A stretch of DNA of 64,000 nucleotides from a virus (IMGVR_UViG_3300032167_000002:88286-152285); one strand, 5' to 3'; shown: positions 12,407-24,130, counted from the first letter of the stretch. Translations and numbers: made by a program. Notes: generated by a model not told the origin, from the sequence alone.

Positions 12407-13924
12407 ATGGCTGTAATTAAAAAAGACGGCAACTTCATGGGCCTTCCTATGAATGTTGCGAGAGGTAATCCAATTCCTCTTGATAAAAGTGAAATTTGGT
12501 ACTCTTATGATGCAATGGAATTATATGCGCAAACCGACCCTGTCGCATATGTAGGTCAGATTCTAGGTTTAGTAGACGAGGCCGCAGGCACCGCTACTGC
12601 GTATATCATTCTAAATACCGCAGGTGAACTCCAAGAGATTGGAGCATCTGTTGATATTCCATCTTTAAAAGGAGATAATTCTTCTATTGTTATTAGCAAT
12701 GAAATTATTGCCTTAAAGAACTGGGGTGTGCAATATTATAAATATGTTGCCGCAACTGAAACTACTGAAGCTGAATATGTCCTTCAAGTCGTTGACGATG
12801 AGAATCCTTGGATTAGTGGTTTAGAGCCAAAAGTCGCCAGCGAAAATGGACAAATGGTATTAGCTTGGTATCAACCAAACCCAACTACCATTGAAGGTTT
12901 AGGCAGTTAGTTATCTTCTTTACAAACTTCTGTAAGCGATTTACAAAAGAATACTTATACTAAAACTGAAGTTGATGAGAAGATTGCGGATGCTGGTCAT
13001 TTAAAGCGAATTATCGTTAATTCTGTGGATGATATTAATGTTAATGCCGCAGATGCTGACCAATATATTTATATGGTATTAACTTCTCCTGAGGATGAAG
13101 CTGACAAGTATGATGAATACATGGTTATTATCTATGAGGATGAAACTGGTACAGAAGTTCGTTATGCTGAAAAAGTTGGTTCTTGGGAAGTTGATTTAAG
13201 TAATTATGTTACTAAAAATGCGCTACAAACCGAACTTAATAAGAAAGTTGATGCTGAAGAAGGCTATTCTTTAATTTCTGATGAAGAGAAAGCTAAATTA
13301 GAAGGCATTTAGGAAGGCGCGCAAAAGAATTATATTACATCTGTTGATTCTACAAATTTTGCAGTTGAAGCTGGTAAGCTTTTATTGCAAGGAATTACTG
13401 TTGCACAAGTTCAAAATTTACAATCACTTTTGGACGCGAAGGTAAATAAAGAAGAGGGTAAAGGATTATCTTCTAATGATTTCACAGATGAACATATTCA
13501 AATTATTCAAGGTAATACTGCTAATATTCAAACTCAAGGTAATAAAATTATTACCATTGAAAATGTATTGAATGATACAGAGATTGATGGTATTGTTACT
13601 CCTGGTTTGATTACTAAAGTAAATAATTTAAGTGTTGCTGTTCAAACTAACACTGATAATATTTCAACTAATGCAGGAAAAATTTTAACCTTAGAAGGTA
13701 CGGTAGCAACGTAGGGTAATGCTATTACTTTATTGCAAAAAGATGTTAGTGATTTAAAAACTAAGGTAAATGCAATTGATTTAACTAAATATGTTACTAC
13801 TGAAATTTTCCAAGCTACAGTTGGTAACCTTGAAGAATTACAACAAAATCAAAAGACACTTCACACTCAGGTAAAAGAAATTCAAGAAGCTATTACTTGG
13901 GGTGAAATTAAAATTAATGCTTAA
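12407..13924 (+). CDS. Tail-fibre protein with coiled-coil and fibre repeats (about 505 aa). TAG at 12908, 13310 and 13712 read through. Contains a GKGLSSNDFTDE tail-fibre-repeat-like motif.
   Basis: Four frame-2 track ORFs (12407..12910, 13025..13312, 13385..13714, 13733..13924) are joined through TAG only. The real stop is TAA at 13922. RBS AAGGAGGA. Confidence 0.65.
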
Positions 13925-13941
13925 GAAAGGGGAAAACTATA

Positions 13942-15663
13942 ATGGCAGATACTAATGTTATCACTATTGCTGATAATTCTCAGATTAAGTTTTTACATGG
14001 TTTACAAACCGCATTAGATGCTAAGAGAACCGCCCGTTCTGGCGAAAGCGGCACTTTCTACTTAACCAATGATACTCATAGATTATATGTTGGTTTAAGT
14101 GATGGTAGCATCGAAGCTGTTAATGAAGGTATTACTACTTACGCTACCGTGGAGGTCTTACCAACTGCAACTGCTTTAAATGCTGGTCAATTCGTTTATA
14201 TTACAGCTGATTCTATTTTAGCTGTTTCCAATGGTCAAAATTGGGTTCAAATTAATGCCAATACAGATACCAATTATACTTATGGCGGTCTAGTCACAGG
14301 AGAGCAGACAGGAACTGTTACTGTAACAACTACTTTAACAGAAATTGGTGAAGGTAATAGAAAACCTTCTTTCGCTTTCTCTTTAACTGGTAAAAATGGT
14401 ATTACTATTGTTGAAGGTACAACAGATGGTACTATTGAAGTATATGGTACTAAATTAGCCAGCGAAAATATGGCTCAAGATAATGCTGCAAAGATTAAGT
14501 TAGTTAATGAAGCTGGCGTACAGCAAAGTGCAGTTGTTATTCAGGGTGGTACCAATGTTACTGTTAGCGAAGATAATGGCGTAATTGGAATCACTGCTGC
14601 TGACACTAAATTAGATGGTAACACTCATACAGCAACCGCTCATGCTTGGGACCCCAAAGATGAGACCAATAAGCCTGGTGGATTTACTGTAACAGTTAAA
14701 GATACTGCTAATAGAAGTTCTAGTAGCACATTTAATCCTGCAATTAAATATGGTGGTAGTGGCACTTCTACTGCTAAGTTCAGCAATGGTACTGCGACTT
14801 TAGATGTATATACTAAAGCAGAAGTTGATGCTTTAAGAGCAGACTTTGACGCAATGGAATATCAGGGTGTTGTTAATAGCATTCCTACTGGTTCCATTAA
14901 GAAAGGTTATACTTATAAAGTTGGTCAAGCTTTTGATGTAACAGTTAAAACCGATACTGGTACTGAAGAGATTACAGTACAGCCTGGTGACTTATTGATT
15001 GCAGAAGGCACTGAAGGTACCAATGGATTCTTAACTACTGTACAATGGGGTTATGTTCCTTCTGGTAATGAAGATACCACTTACTCTGTTGGTTTATTGA
15101 CTCCAGCAAATGGTGGTGGTATTCAATTATTAGAAAAGAAAACTGGCACTACTACTGGTACTAATGCTGGCTCTATTTCTGTATTAAGTGGAAATTGTAT
15201 TACTGTAAGTCCAAGTTCAGACACTGCTTCTAAGGCAATGTCACTGACTATTAATCATAATGCGGTAAGTACTACTGACCCAGCTAGAGATACCACTGGT
15301 ACTTTAAATAATCCTACTCTTGGCACCGATTATGTTGCTAAGTCAGAAGATATTGTTATTATTGATGCCTCTAAGGGCGAAAATGGTATTGATAGAGACA
15401 ATTATGGTCATGTACAGAAAGTATATACCAAGACCGTTAAAGTCTATGATACTAATGCTCGTTTAACTGGAATGACTTCCAGTGTATCTAGTGACACTGC
15501 TAAGACTAAGGCTACTGTTTCTATTAAGGGTCAAGTAACTGGCTCTAAGAATCAAAAGAGTGAGCAAACTGCTACTTTCTATGTTGAGTCTACTCATAGT
15601 AACTTGCAGGTAAGTAGCTCTGGCTCTAGCGTTCAGATGTCTCTGGTTTGGGGCACTTTCTAA
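13942..15663 (+). CDS. Virion structural protein (573 aa, Thr/Gly-rich) with no amber codons, followed by a strong terminator. Possibly an abundant tail or fibre component.
   Basis: Intact ORF with RBS AAGAAAGGGGAAAA and TAA stop. Terminator hairpin about 70 nt downstream. Confidence 0.55.
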   Translation: MADTNVITIADNSQIKFLHGLQTALDAKRTARSGESGTFYLTNDTHRLYVGLSDGSIEAVNEGITTYATVEVLPTATALNAGQFVYITADSILAVSNGQNWVQINANTDTNYTYGGLVTGEQTGTVTVTTTLTEIGEGNRKPSFAFSLTGKNGITIVEGTTDGTIEVYGTKLASENMAQDNAAKIKLVNEAGVQQSAVVIQGGTNVTVSEDNGVIGITAADTKLDGNTHTATAHAWDPKDETNKPGGFTVTVKDTANRSSSSTFNPAIKYGGSGTSTAKFSNGTATLDVYTKAEVDALRADFDAMEYQGVVNSIPTGSIKKGYTYKVGQAFDVTVKTDTGTEEITVQPGDLLIAEGTEGTNGFLTTVQWGYVPSGNEDTTYSVGLLTPANGGGIQLLEKKTGTTTGTNAGSISVLSGNCITVSPSSDTASKAMSLTINHNAVSTTDPARDTTGTLNNPTLGTDYVAKSEDIVIIDASKGENGIDRDNYGHVQKVYTKTVKVYDTNARLTGMTSSVSSDTAKTKATVSIKGQVTGSKNQKSEQTATFYVESTHSNLQVSSSGSSVQMSLVWGTF

Positions 15664-15728
15664 TTTGAGGACAAAAGGTATTAAGAAGATTATTTCGATT
15701 TTTAATTAAAAATAGAGGATAATCTAAT

Positions 15729-15767
15729 AGGTGGGAAGAAGATTATTCTTCTCACCTATTTTTTTGT
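15729..15767 (+). terminator. Rho-independent terminator: AGGTGGGAAGAAG / CTTCTCACCT stem followed by a T-run.
   Basis: Inverted repeat followed by ATTTTTTTG, read directly. Confidence 0.6.
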
Positions 15768-15796
15768 TTATAAAGGAAAGAAAGGAGTTTAAATAA

Positions 15797-18700
15797 ATGA
15801 GTGAAAATTATGGCGTAAAATTTATTCCCGTCCGTGGTTATGACAGTAAGATTCAGCGTGCTGAAGTAAAAGATGGATGGATTTATTTTGCTACTGACTC
15901 AGGTAAGATTTATGTCGATAGCCAGGGCCAAAGAACTATTATGGGTTCTGCGGGCGCCGCAATTTACTATGGTGAAGTTGAGAAACCAGAAGTAAATGAA
16001 GATACGGGCTATGCAACACTTCCTAAGAGCGCTGTTAAAGGCGACCCTAAGAAAGGCGACCTAATCTTAAATTCCGATGGCGGTTTCTATAAAGTTGAAT
16101 TAATTGGTGAAGAAAACTATACTTGTGAATTGCTTTCTATTAGCGGCACAGGCGGTGGTCCCGGTGTTTCTACTACTACTCGTCCATCAATCACTTTAAC
16201 TCTTGACAATACTAACTTCATTAATGGTCAAGAGGCTTATTTCCATATCCATGCAGAGTCTGCTTTAGAGGCAGATGGTGTGACTCCTGTAGATACTACA
16301 TTGAATGTTGTATATTCTTTGGGTACTCGTATTTCCGACGAGGTTATTGATAACTATACTACTCAAACTCGTACTTATAAGACTGGTGAATCTGACTATG
16401 AGGGCGTTCCCGGTATTATTGATGACTATATTGAAATTGGTTCTCTATTAAGAGAGTCCTCTTCTAGTGTGTTGTCTGTTTATGTTCAAGGTGCAAATCA
16501 TGACGAAAAGAGCCGTACTAGAACTGTTGACTTATCAACTTCTGCATTAAAGTTATCTCAAGTTTCCGGTTATAACCCAGCTACTAGATATCCTACTTCT
16601 GGATTCCAAATTAAGTGCGGAGTTGTTGGTTCTTTATCTAAGGTCTTAGATTTCTACTATGATGATATGAATACTCCTGCTGAAACTCGTGTTATCGAGG
16701 CTAACGTAGCTAATAGTACTCAGACATTTACAGTAGGTACAGACAAAGCAACTCACGGATATCACACTGTTCGTATTGAGCTGTGGCAGAACACTGGTAC
16801 TTCCAGTAATCCTAAGAGAGGCTTAGGAGTTGCTCCACTACAGTACGAAATCGCAGTTATTGAAACAAGTAACGCAAATGCTAAACCAGTAATTTGGTTG
16901 GGTGATTATAAGGCTGAATATTATAATTACGATACTATTCAAATCCCATTCTTAGTATGGGACCCCGCAAATACCAACTCTACTAAAGTGCATTTGTATA
17001 AAAATAATATTGAATTAGAAAGCTCTCCTCGTGAAGTTAAGGATTTCTCTAAATTTGATTATTGGGAAATCGCTGATGCAGAAATGAATGCTTTAAATAG
17101 CTATCAAATTTCTTGCGGCGAGACTGATGAAAAATTTGTAAAGAGAGAAATTGAGTTTAAGGTTGTTAAAGACCCTAATCGTGATATGACTGTTGAGCAA
17201 GCAGGATTGTTATTAGACTTCTCTGCTACTGGACGTTCTAATTCTGAGTCCGCAGCTAAGAGACAGTTGTGGAGCTACACTTTGAATGGTGAAAAGAAAA
17301 ACGCCATTTTCGAAAACTTTAACTGGTATAATAACGGTTGGATGATGGATTCAAGCATTAACCAGTCTTGTTTAAGAATTAGTAATGGTGCTAGATTAAC
17401 TATTCCATTCCAGCAGATGGTATTTGCTGCCGGTGTTAGTGGACAAGAGTCTCACACTGTTGAAATGCAATTCCGCATTCGCAATGTTCAAAAATATGAT
17501 AATTTAATTACCAATATTACTCGTTATCAAGGTGACGGTGTTTGGTATGAAGCTTTTAAAGCTCAAAAAGATACTGGCTATTCTAACTATGATGCTTACT
17601 TACAAGCAACTTTAGACCCAGACACTTATGATAATTTAAAATTCCAAACTGTTGAAAAGAATATTAACATTACTAATGTTGCCGCAGGTCTATATGATTA
17701 TGATGCAACCAATGTTAAAGCTACTGGTTTCTGCGTAGGCACTCAGGACGCTTTCTTCTCAAACGGTGAAAATACTGTTAACGTAAACTTCGTTGAAGAT
17801 GAGTTAATTAATTTAAGTTTTGTATATCAAGATAGCTTAAAATATTTATATATCTATATCAATGGTGTTATTACTGGTGTTATTAAGTCTACTGACCCTG
17901 ACGCCTTTACAATTAATAGTGGAAACTTTGTTTTTGATTCTAGTAATTGTGACATTGATTTATATAAATTGAGAATTTATAATTCTGATTTAAATGTTAA
18001 TCAGATTGTACAAAATTTCTCTGTTGACCGCAAGAACGTAAAAATCTTTGACCAAAGTAATGCTTATGCATTGGCTGAGGAGAATAATAACTTGAAAGAG
18101 TTCCAGTTCTCTTATGAAGCTATGCTAAGATATAATGAAGCTCATCCTAATGAACCTTTGATGCCTTATATCATTTACGATACTGGTAATGCTACTTTAC
18201 CATATAGTAAAGACGATACTAAATACATTAGTGTTGAATTTGTTAATACCAATTTGGAAAGAGCATATGCTAATGGTGAATTAGAGACTTTGGCTCGTGC
18301 CGATGGCTTAATCGCAGAAGGCGAAACTGATAGTGATAAAATTAAAGAAGGCGTTCGCTTGTACTACAAGCATCATTGCCCATCTTGGATTTCCACTATG
18401 ACTTCTGGAGATAAGGTTGAATTTGCTGTTCAGGGTACTTCTTCTGAGTTCTATCCTCGTCGTAATTACAAGATTAAGACTAAGGTAGAAGGAGAATTTA
18501 ACTGGAAACCAATCGCAGACTTTACCGATAAGGAGAAGGCTGAATTAAAACCAGAAGAGCTTGAAAAATTAAATGCTGAGAGCGGTTTATATATGGAAGA
18601 AGATTCTTTAAATATCTTCTTAAACCGTGGACCTTATGCTGAAGTTTTCGTTTCTGATAAAGCTAAGTTAGCACAAGATAGTAAATATCTTGGACATGAA

Positions 18701-21700
18701 GAGTGTCGTTGTGCTGATGGTTGGTATATGAATAACTATACTAACGGAACTGATAGATGGACTATGAAAGTTGACTATATGGAATCTTCTGGTTCTTATA
18801 ATGCAGGTTTCGCATCTATGGTTGGTAATGGTTATACTAAGCATCCTTTACAAGACTATTTAGCTTTATTAAATAATACCAATAAATTGGAACCTGTTGT
18901 TGATAGCTCTGTAATTAAGGGTATTCAATGGGGCGATTATCGTACTTCTCTATTGGGCTTCCCAGTTATGGCTTTCCAAAAGACTGGTTCTGGTGATAAT
19001 GCTAAGTACACTTTCATCGGTTTTTATCGTATGCTATTGGATAAGAGCTCTACTCAGGTCTTAGGATTTAAACCTAGTAAGAAAGTTACTAATAAGTTAT
19101 TCCCTAAGGGTTTAAATGATGAAGGTAAAATGGAATATAAGGCAGTACGAGACGTAGCAGAATGTTGGGAGTTCTCTAACAATGCTCGTGGTTATTGCTC
19201 TTATCGTGACCCATGGAGCCGTGTTGAATTAAGTTTCACACCTCCTACTAATTCCACTGTATCTAATGGTGGTTACAATGCTAATGAAGCTCCTGTTGTG
19301 GCTAATAGCTTTGAATATCGCTATCACAGCAAGGATGATTATATTGATATTCTTTACAACTTTAAGCAAGCTACTCAAGGTGAACTTGATGAAGTTGCTG
19401 AAGAGTTAGGAACTGGTACAATTCCTAAGGGCGATTTAGAGGCCGGTGCTAAGGCATTGCTATCTACTCATACTAACTGGGAAAAAGTATGTAAATGGTT
19501 GTGGAGTACTAATCTTGATGCAGTTGTTTCTCAAGGTACTTACTCTAAAGTTCCTGTCGGTGATACCGCATATGAGCCTGGTGTTTACTATGTAGTTGAT
19601 GGTGATTCTTACGCTATTAGTAATGCCGACTTTGATGAAAACACTACCTACTATGTAAAGAGTGAAGTCAACTATGATGTTATCTCTTTAACTGCAGAGA
19701 CTTATATTTCTGGTAAATATTACATCTTAAATGCTGATGGTGAATATGTAATTGATGCAAGCACTTTTGATGCAAATAAGATTTATTATGAGCAGGTTAT
19801 TGAAGACCGCTACATTCCAGTTAATGTATGTCCTGCTGAGTATGTATATGTAAAAGGTAAGTTCTATGTATTAACTGCTGGTGGAAACACTGTAAGCACT
19901 ACTGATGATGTTTATGCATTATCTAATGAAGAATTTGCTGGTGGTACTACTTACTACGAATTTAAAGATGATACTCTAGACACTCTAAATTCTCGTTTTG
20001 ACTTACTGATTGCTCCAGTAGATATTGAGAATGCTACTTATGATGCTAATACTCAGTATTATACTTGGCATGGTATGGACTATGATATGAACGACGCTGC
20101 TAATGGTGTTGTTATTAACCCAGGTCATCCAACCGGTGCAGTCCGCGCGGTCGAAACTCCTTCTCAAGAGGATTGGGCTAAGGGATTATATTATGTAGCA
20201 GCTCCAAAAGAATATGCTGGTAAGGTTTATACTCACGATACTAAAGAATATCGTGCTGCTAAATTTACTAATGAATTTGAAGACCACTTCGACCCTGAGT
20301 ACGTTGCTACTTACTTCGTAATGACTGAAGTTATGGAGTTATACGACTCTCGTGGTAAGAACTGTATGATGGCCTCTTGGGGTCCTCATGAAGCTGGTGG
20401 AGAGTACATCTGGTATCCAATCTTCTATGATATTGATACTCAGTTAGGTATTAACAATACTGGTATTCCTTCATTCGAATTCAATGTTGATGCTACTGAA
20501 GCAGGTAACTTCTCTACTTCTGATAGTATCTTGTGGAACAACTTCTATAAGTTCTTTAAAGACACTTGGATTGTTCCTAAATATAGAAACTTAAGAGGTA
20601 ATGATACTCCTAAGTTTGCTAAATTATTAAATGCAGACGGAACTAGTAAAGCTCCTTTACAGTCTGTTGATTATATTGAAAAGTGGTATACTTTTAATCC
20701 TGATGCAACTAATAATATTGCTTGTGAAGGCGAGCGTCCATTATTAGCTACTAATTTGGATATGTACTTTAAGTATATTACTATTTGTAACCCCAAAGCA
20801 AAAGAAGAGGGCGTTGCTCACTTGGGCGGCGAAGGTTCTGGTGGTGCGTTCGCTGAACCAGACACCGGCACTTACTTCTATGCTTTACAAGGTGACCGTT
20901 CTCAATCTCGTCAGCAGTTCGTTGGAAATCGTCTTGAGTACATTGACTCTTGGTTGACCCAAGGTAACTATGCTCGTGGTGGTGCGAACCGTCTATGGGG
21001 TCGTATTTCTGCTAACAACAGAAGTGACCTTGACTCTGATATTACTGATGTTCACTCTGATAAATGGACCAATAGCGTTGATGACCCATATTGGGTAAAC
21101 AATGTACCTTTTGGAACCAAGACTCACGAGTTTGACTCTGAATATTGGATTGAACCTACTCCAATTCGAAGCGCATATGTTACTGCTGGTGATGACAGTA
21201 TGAACTATCCTTCTAAGAAATATGATGGTATCCATAAGATGCAATTCGTATTAAATGAATTGGAAAATGGTATTAAAAATAGTGACAACTATCCTGAACA
21301 GTTGTTATATATTTATGGTACTAACCAAATGTCTGATTTCGGTGACTTAAGTAAGATGTATTGGACTGAGTTTAAACTTGAGGGTAAGGCTGATAAGCTA
21401 ACTCGCTTGAAGCTTGGTCATGATGGTACTACCATTGACTATAAAGATAGTAATGCAAGTACTAAGACTGAAATTGGTTGGTATAATAAGAAGTTAAATG
21501 GTATTACAGTACCTACTTCACTACCTCTATTAAAAGAAGTTAACTTCTGTAATATTGGTCTAGTAAATGAAACTGCTCTTGATTTTAGCTCTTCTGAAAA
21601 GATGGAAAACTTCAGAGCTACTGGTGCAAGTAACTTAACTTCTGTTACATTTGCAGATGGTGTTGCGTTAAATACTTTGTATTTGCCTGCATCCGTTGGT

Positions 21701-23848
21701 TCTTTGGCCTTAACTCAAGCTAACTTGTTAACTGAATTAATTGGCCATGATGAAGACCATGCATATGAAATTCCCACTTTAAATGTTACTACCGATGAAT
21801 TAGAAGCAAATCCTGGATTATACTTAGAAGGTTTCTTCGAGGGTAGTTCCAAGATGAATACAGTTAAATTTATTGGCGGTAAATTAGGTTATAATAGTTA
21901 CATCATTCTAAAGCAATTGTATACTTTAAATAATAATGCTGGTAATGCCAATGTAACCATGACTGATGTTGAATGGTGTCCTTATACTCATTTAACTGAA
22001 GGTGACGTATTTGATGCTTCTAAGAAGTATTACATTGATAATGGTCACTATGGATTTACTCTGTATAATCCTGATGGTTATGTCTATAATGAAAAGCAGT
22101 TCAATATTGATGTATTGAGTGGTGGCTTGTATCGTGACGATGGACATGGCGGCCGCACTGAGGCTGGCGAATTTGCAGCAGACATTACTAATGTTGCCGA
22201 TGATGCAATTACTATGTTAACCAATTTGTATAGTAATCCTCGCTTCAAGGATGCTAGTGGTCTAAATAGACCTAATATTACTGGTGTAATTTATATCAAT
22301 AATACTACTCCTATTGAAGAAAGTTCTATTCAGGATACTTTACAGATGTATTATCCTAACTTAACATTCTTCTTTGCTAACGTTACTCCTGCATACTCTG
22401 CTAAATTCGTTTTAGTAGATAAAGATACTGGTGCAGAAGGATTCGTTGATTACTTAAGTTCTGATGGATATGGACCTAGTGTTCAGAAGATTAGTCAAGA
22501 AGCTATGGCTGGGGATTCCACTTTGTGGTTTACTAACCCATATAGCTTGTATAAAGTAGAAAGAGCCCACTGGGATTTCTATGGTTGGTCTACTTCTTCC
22601 AATGCCGCAGACAAGAGTAAAATTATTTATGGTGATATCAACGATGATATGACTGACGCAGAAAAGATTGCTGCTCATAATGTAGCTTGGATGGCTGCAA
22701 AATCTAAGCTGTTCGCAGCTGATAAGTTTGACTATCCTTTCTATGCTATTTTAACTGAGCATGAATACGAAGCAGTCTTCTTAGATTACTTCGACCCAAC
22801 ATATAGACAAGTAGCTAAGGTTGCTTACAGTGATAAGGGTTCTTATATGAATGATAATGTTCCCGCACCTGTAAACCTAACTGCCGATGATTTGTATATG
22901 CGTAATGCATTTAAGGGCTGGACTAATGACATTGAAAAGGCTAAAGTTATTTACGGTGAAAATGTTCCTGATGAAGAACTTCCTTTAATCAATGTTTCTA
23001 TGTATCCTGCAACCAGAGATTATACATTCTATGCGGTATATAAGAAGGAAAGTGTTTTTGCAAATGTAACTGACCCAGTGAAATACTTTAATTACACTGT
23101 AGGTTCTAGTTATACTGACGCATATGGTGAAGGCGGAACTTATGATTATTCTAATGGATACATTTTATCTTTGAAGCCTGAATATAAGAATGGCTTCTTG
23201 AAAGGTAAGATTACTTTACCAACTCGAACTCCTTCTGGCATTGATGGTGTAACCGCTGGACAACCAATCTATGAATATCGTGGATTCACTGAAGATGAGT
23301 ATATTACTCATATCTTCTTTGATAGTGCAGCTACTTGTGAAGTTCGTATTATTTACAACAATTTCTTTGCTCGTATGAAAGCTTTGAAATATGTTGACTT
23401 CCCCGCAATGAAGAAGTTGAGAGTTATTAATAATGGCGCTTTTGAAAGCTGTCCTTACTTTAGTAACTTTACATTCTGCGACCCATTAGTATTGATTCAA
23501 ACTTACGCTTTCTCTGCTACTGGTAACTTAGCTGAACCTGTTGATTGCGTATTGAATCCAATGCTAAGAGATATTTTAGGTGGAGCAATTTCTTGGGGTA
23601 TTGCATTGAAAACCTTAACTATTGGTGCAGAAAATTCTCCTTCTCAGTTAACTCAAGAAAAATGGTTAAAGAACAAGAGAGATGTCGCTTGTATCGAAAA
23701 TGGTCAAGGCTCTAGACCTTCTGTCGTAACTATTTATTGTCCATCTGGTATGGAAACCACTTGGAATGATTGGATTGTTGGTGGAGCTAATGGTCAACCA
23801 TTCGTAACCGTTGACAGTATTGATAATATCTCTATTGTCGGAAAATAA
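15797..23848 (+). CDS. Giant virion/tail-associated protein (2683 aa), Asn/Tyr/Thr/Asp-rich and predicted beta-rich, containing no TAG codons.
   Basis: Single uninterrupted ORF. RBS GAAAGGAG 9 nt upstream. Double stop TAATAA. Confidence 0.7.
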   Translation: MSENYGVKFIPVRGYDSKIQRAEVKDGWIYFATDSGKIYVDSQGQRTIMGSAGAAIYYGEVEKPEVNEDTGYATLPKSAVKGDPKKGDLILNSDGGFYKVELIGEENYTCELLSISGTGGGPGVSTTTRPSITLTLDNTNFINGQEAYFHIHAESALEADGVTPVDTTLNVVYSLGTRISDEVIDNYTTQTRTYKTGESDYEGVPGIIDDYIEIGSLLRESSSSVLSVYVQGANHDEKSRTRTVDLSTSALKLSQVSGYNPATRYPTSGFQIKCGVVGSLSKVLDFYYDDMNTPAETRVIEANVANSTQTFTVGTDKATHGYHTVRIELWQNTGTSSNPKRGLGVAPLQYEIAVIETSNANAKPVIWLGDYKAEYYNYDTIQIPFLVWDPANTNSTKVHLYKNNIELESSPREVKDFSKFDYWEIADAEMNALNSYQISCGETDEKFVKREIEFKVVKDPNRDMTVEQAGLLLDFSATGRSNSESAAKRQLWSYTLNGEKKNAIFENFNWYNNGWMMDSSINQSCLRISNGARLTIPFQQMVFAAGVSGQESHTVEMQFRIRNVQKYDNLITNITRYQGDGVWYEAFKAQKDTGYSNYDAYLQATLDPDTYDNLKFQTVEKNINITNVAAGLYDYDATNVKATGFCVGTQDAFFSNGENTVNVNFVEDELINLSFVYQDSLKYLYIYINGVITGVIKSTDPDAFTINSGNFVFDSSNCDIDLYKLRIYNSDLNVNQIVQNFSVDRKNVKIFDQSNAYALAEENNNLKEFQFSYEAMLRYNEAHPNEPLMPYIIYDTGNATLPYSKDDTKYISVEFVNTNLERAYANGELETLARADGLIAEGETDSDKIKEGVRLYYKHHCPSWISTMTSGDKVEFAVQGTSSEFYPRRNYKIKTKVEGEFNWKPIADFTDKEKAELKPEELEKLNAESGLYMEEDSLNIFLNRGPYAEVFVSDKAKLAQDSKYLGHEECRCADGWYMNNYTNGTDRWTMKVDYMESSGSYNAGFASMVGNGYTKHPLQDYLALLNNTNKLEPVVDSSVIKGIQWGDYRTSLLGFPVMAFQKTGSGDNAKYTFIGFYRMLLDKSSTQVLGFKPSKKVTNKLFPKGLNDEGKMEYKAVRDVAECWEFSNNARGYCSYRDPWSRVELSFTPPTNSTVSNGGYNANEAPVVANSFEYRYHSKDDYIDILYNFKQATQGELDEVAEELGTGTIPKGDLEAGAKALLSTHTNWEKVCKWLWSTNLDAVVSQGTYSKVPVGDTAYEPGVYYVVDGDSYAISNADFDENTTYYVKSEVNYDVISLTAETYISGKYYILNADGEYVIDASTFDANKIYYEQVIEDRYIPVNVCPAEYVYVKGKFYVLTAGGNTVSTTDDVYALSNEEFAGGTTYYEFKDDTLDTLNSRFDLLIAPVDIENATYDANTQYYTWHGMDYDMNDAANGVVINPGHPTGAVRAVETPSQEDWAKGLYYVAAPKEYAGKVYTHDTKEYRAAKFTNEFEDHFDPEYVATYFVMTEVMELYDSRGKNCMMASWGPHEAGGEYIWYPIFYDIDTQLGINNTGIPSFEFNVDATEAGNFSTSDSILWNNFYKFFKDTWIVPKYRNLRGNDTPKFAKLLNADGTSKAPLQSVDYIEKWYTFNPDATNNIACEGERPLLATNLDMYFKYITICNPKAKEEGVAHLGGEGSGGAFAEPDTGTYFYALQGDRSQSRQQFVGNRLEYIDSWLTQGNYARGGANRLWGRISANNRSDLDSDITDVHSDKWTNSVDDPYWVNNVPFGTKTHEFDSEYWIEPTPIRSAYVTAGDDSMNYPSKKYDGIHKMQFVLNELENGIKNSDNYPEQLLYIYGTNQMSDFGDLSKMYWTEFKLEGKADKLTRLKLGHDGTTIDYKDSNASTKTEIGWYNKKLNGITVPTSLPLLKEVNFCNIGLVNETALDFSSSEKMENFRATGASNLTSVTFADGVALNTLYLPASVGSLALTQANLLTELIGHDEDHAYEIPTLNVTTDELEANPGLYLEGFFEGSSKMNTVKFIGGKLGYNSYIILKQLYTLNNNAGNANVTMTDVEWCPYTHLTEGDVFDASKKYYIDNGHYGFTLYNPDGYVYNEKQFNIDVLSGGLYRDDGHGGRTEAGEFAADITNVADDAITMLTNLYSNPRFKDASGLNRPNITGVIYINNTTPIEESSIQDTLQMYYPNLTFFFANVTPAYSAKFVLVDKDTGAEGFVDYLSSDGYGPSVQKISQEAMAGDSTLWFTNPYSLYKVERAHWDFYGWSTSSNAADKSKIIYGDINDDMTDAEKIAAHNVAWMAAKSKLFAADKFDYPFYAILTEHEYEAVFLDYFDPTYRQVAKVAYSDKGSYMNDNVPAPVNLTADDLYMRNAFKGWTNDIEKAKVIYGENVPDEELPLINVSMYPATRDYTFYAVYKKESVFANVTDPVKYFNYTVGSSYTDAYGEGGTYDYSNGYILSLKPEYKNGFLKGKITLPTRTPSGIDGVTAGQPIYEYRGFTEDEYITHIFFDSAATCEVRIIYNNFFARMKALKYVDFPAMKKLRVINNGAFESCPYFSNFTFCDPLVLIQTYAFSATGNLAEPVDCVLNPMLRDILGGAISWGIALKTLTIGAENSPSQLTQEKWLKNKRDVACIENGQGSRPSVVTIYCPSGMETTWNDWIVGGANGQPFVTVDSIDNISIVGK

Positions 23849-23864
23849 TAAAGGAGGATAAAAA

Positions 23865-24074
23865 ATGACTAAACAAGTTTTATATACTTACTTAGGTACT
23901 AATGGTACTATTTGTTCTCCTGTGCATTTAGAAGATGTTTATTATATTAGAAAATATCGTCTAACTGCAGACCAGGGTAAGCGTTTGACTTGCGATGGCA
24001 AGACTTACCATGATACCGTAGTAATTCCAGAAGCTGACCTTCCTCTTTGGAAAGAAGTTGCTGGACAGAAATAA
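23865..24074 (+). CDS. Small hypothetical protein (69 aa).
   Basis: RBS AAAGGAGGA and TAA stop. Confidence 0.5.
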   Translation: MTKQVLYTYLGTNGTICSPVHLEDVYYIRKYRLTADQGKRLTCDGKTYHDTVVIPEADLPLWKEVAGQK

Positions 24075-24107
24075 TTTAATTATTTAATTAAATTATCAAA
24101 ATAATAG

Positions 24108-24130
24108 AGGGAGAGAGTAATCTCTCCCTC
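24108..24130 (+). other. Perfect 10-bp stem hairpin (GAGGGAGAGA-GTAA-TCTCTCCCTC) without a T-tract. Possible transcript-stability or attenuator element between genes.
   Basis: Read directly from the sequence. Confidence 0.4.

Noticed and set aside
15797-23848. The 2683-aa protein as a crAss-like virion-packaged multisubunit RNA polymerase.
   Set aside because: I could not find a DxDGD-type catalytic aspartate motif or other RNAP signatures by eye. The composition looks like a beta-rich fibre or adhesin. This is left open pending profile searches.
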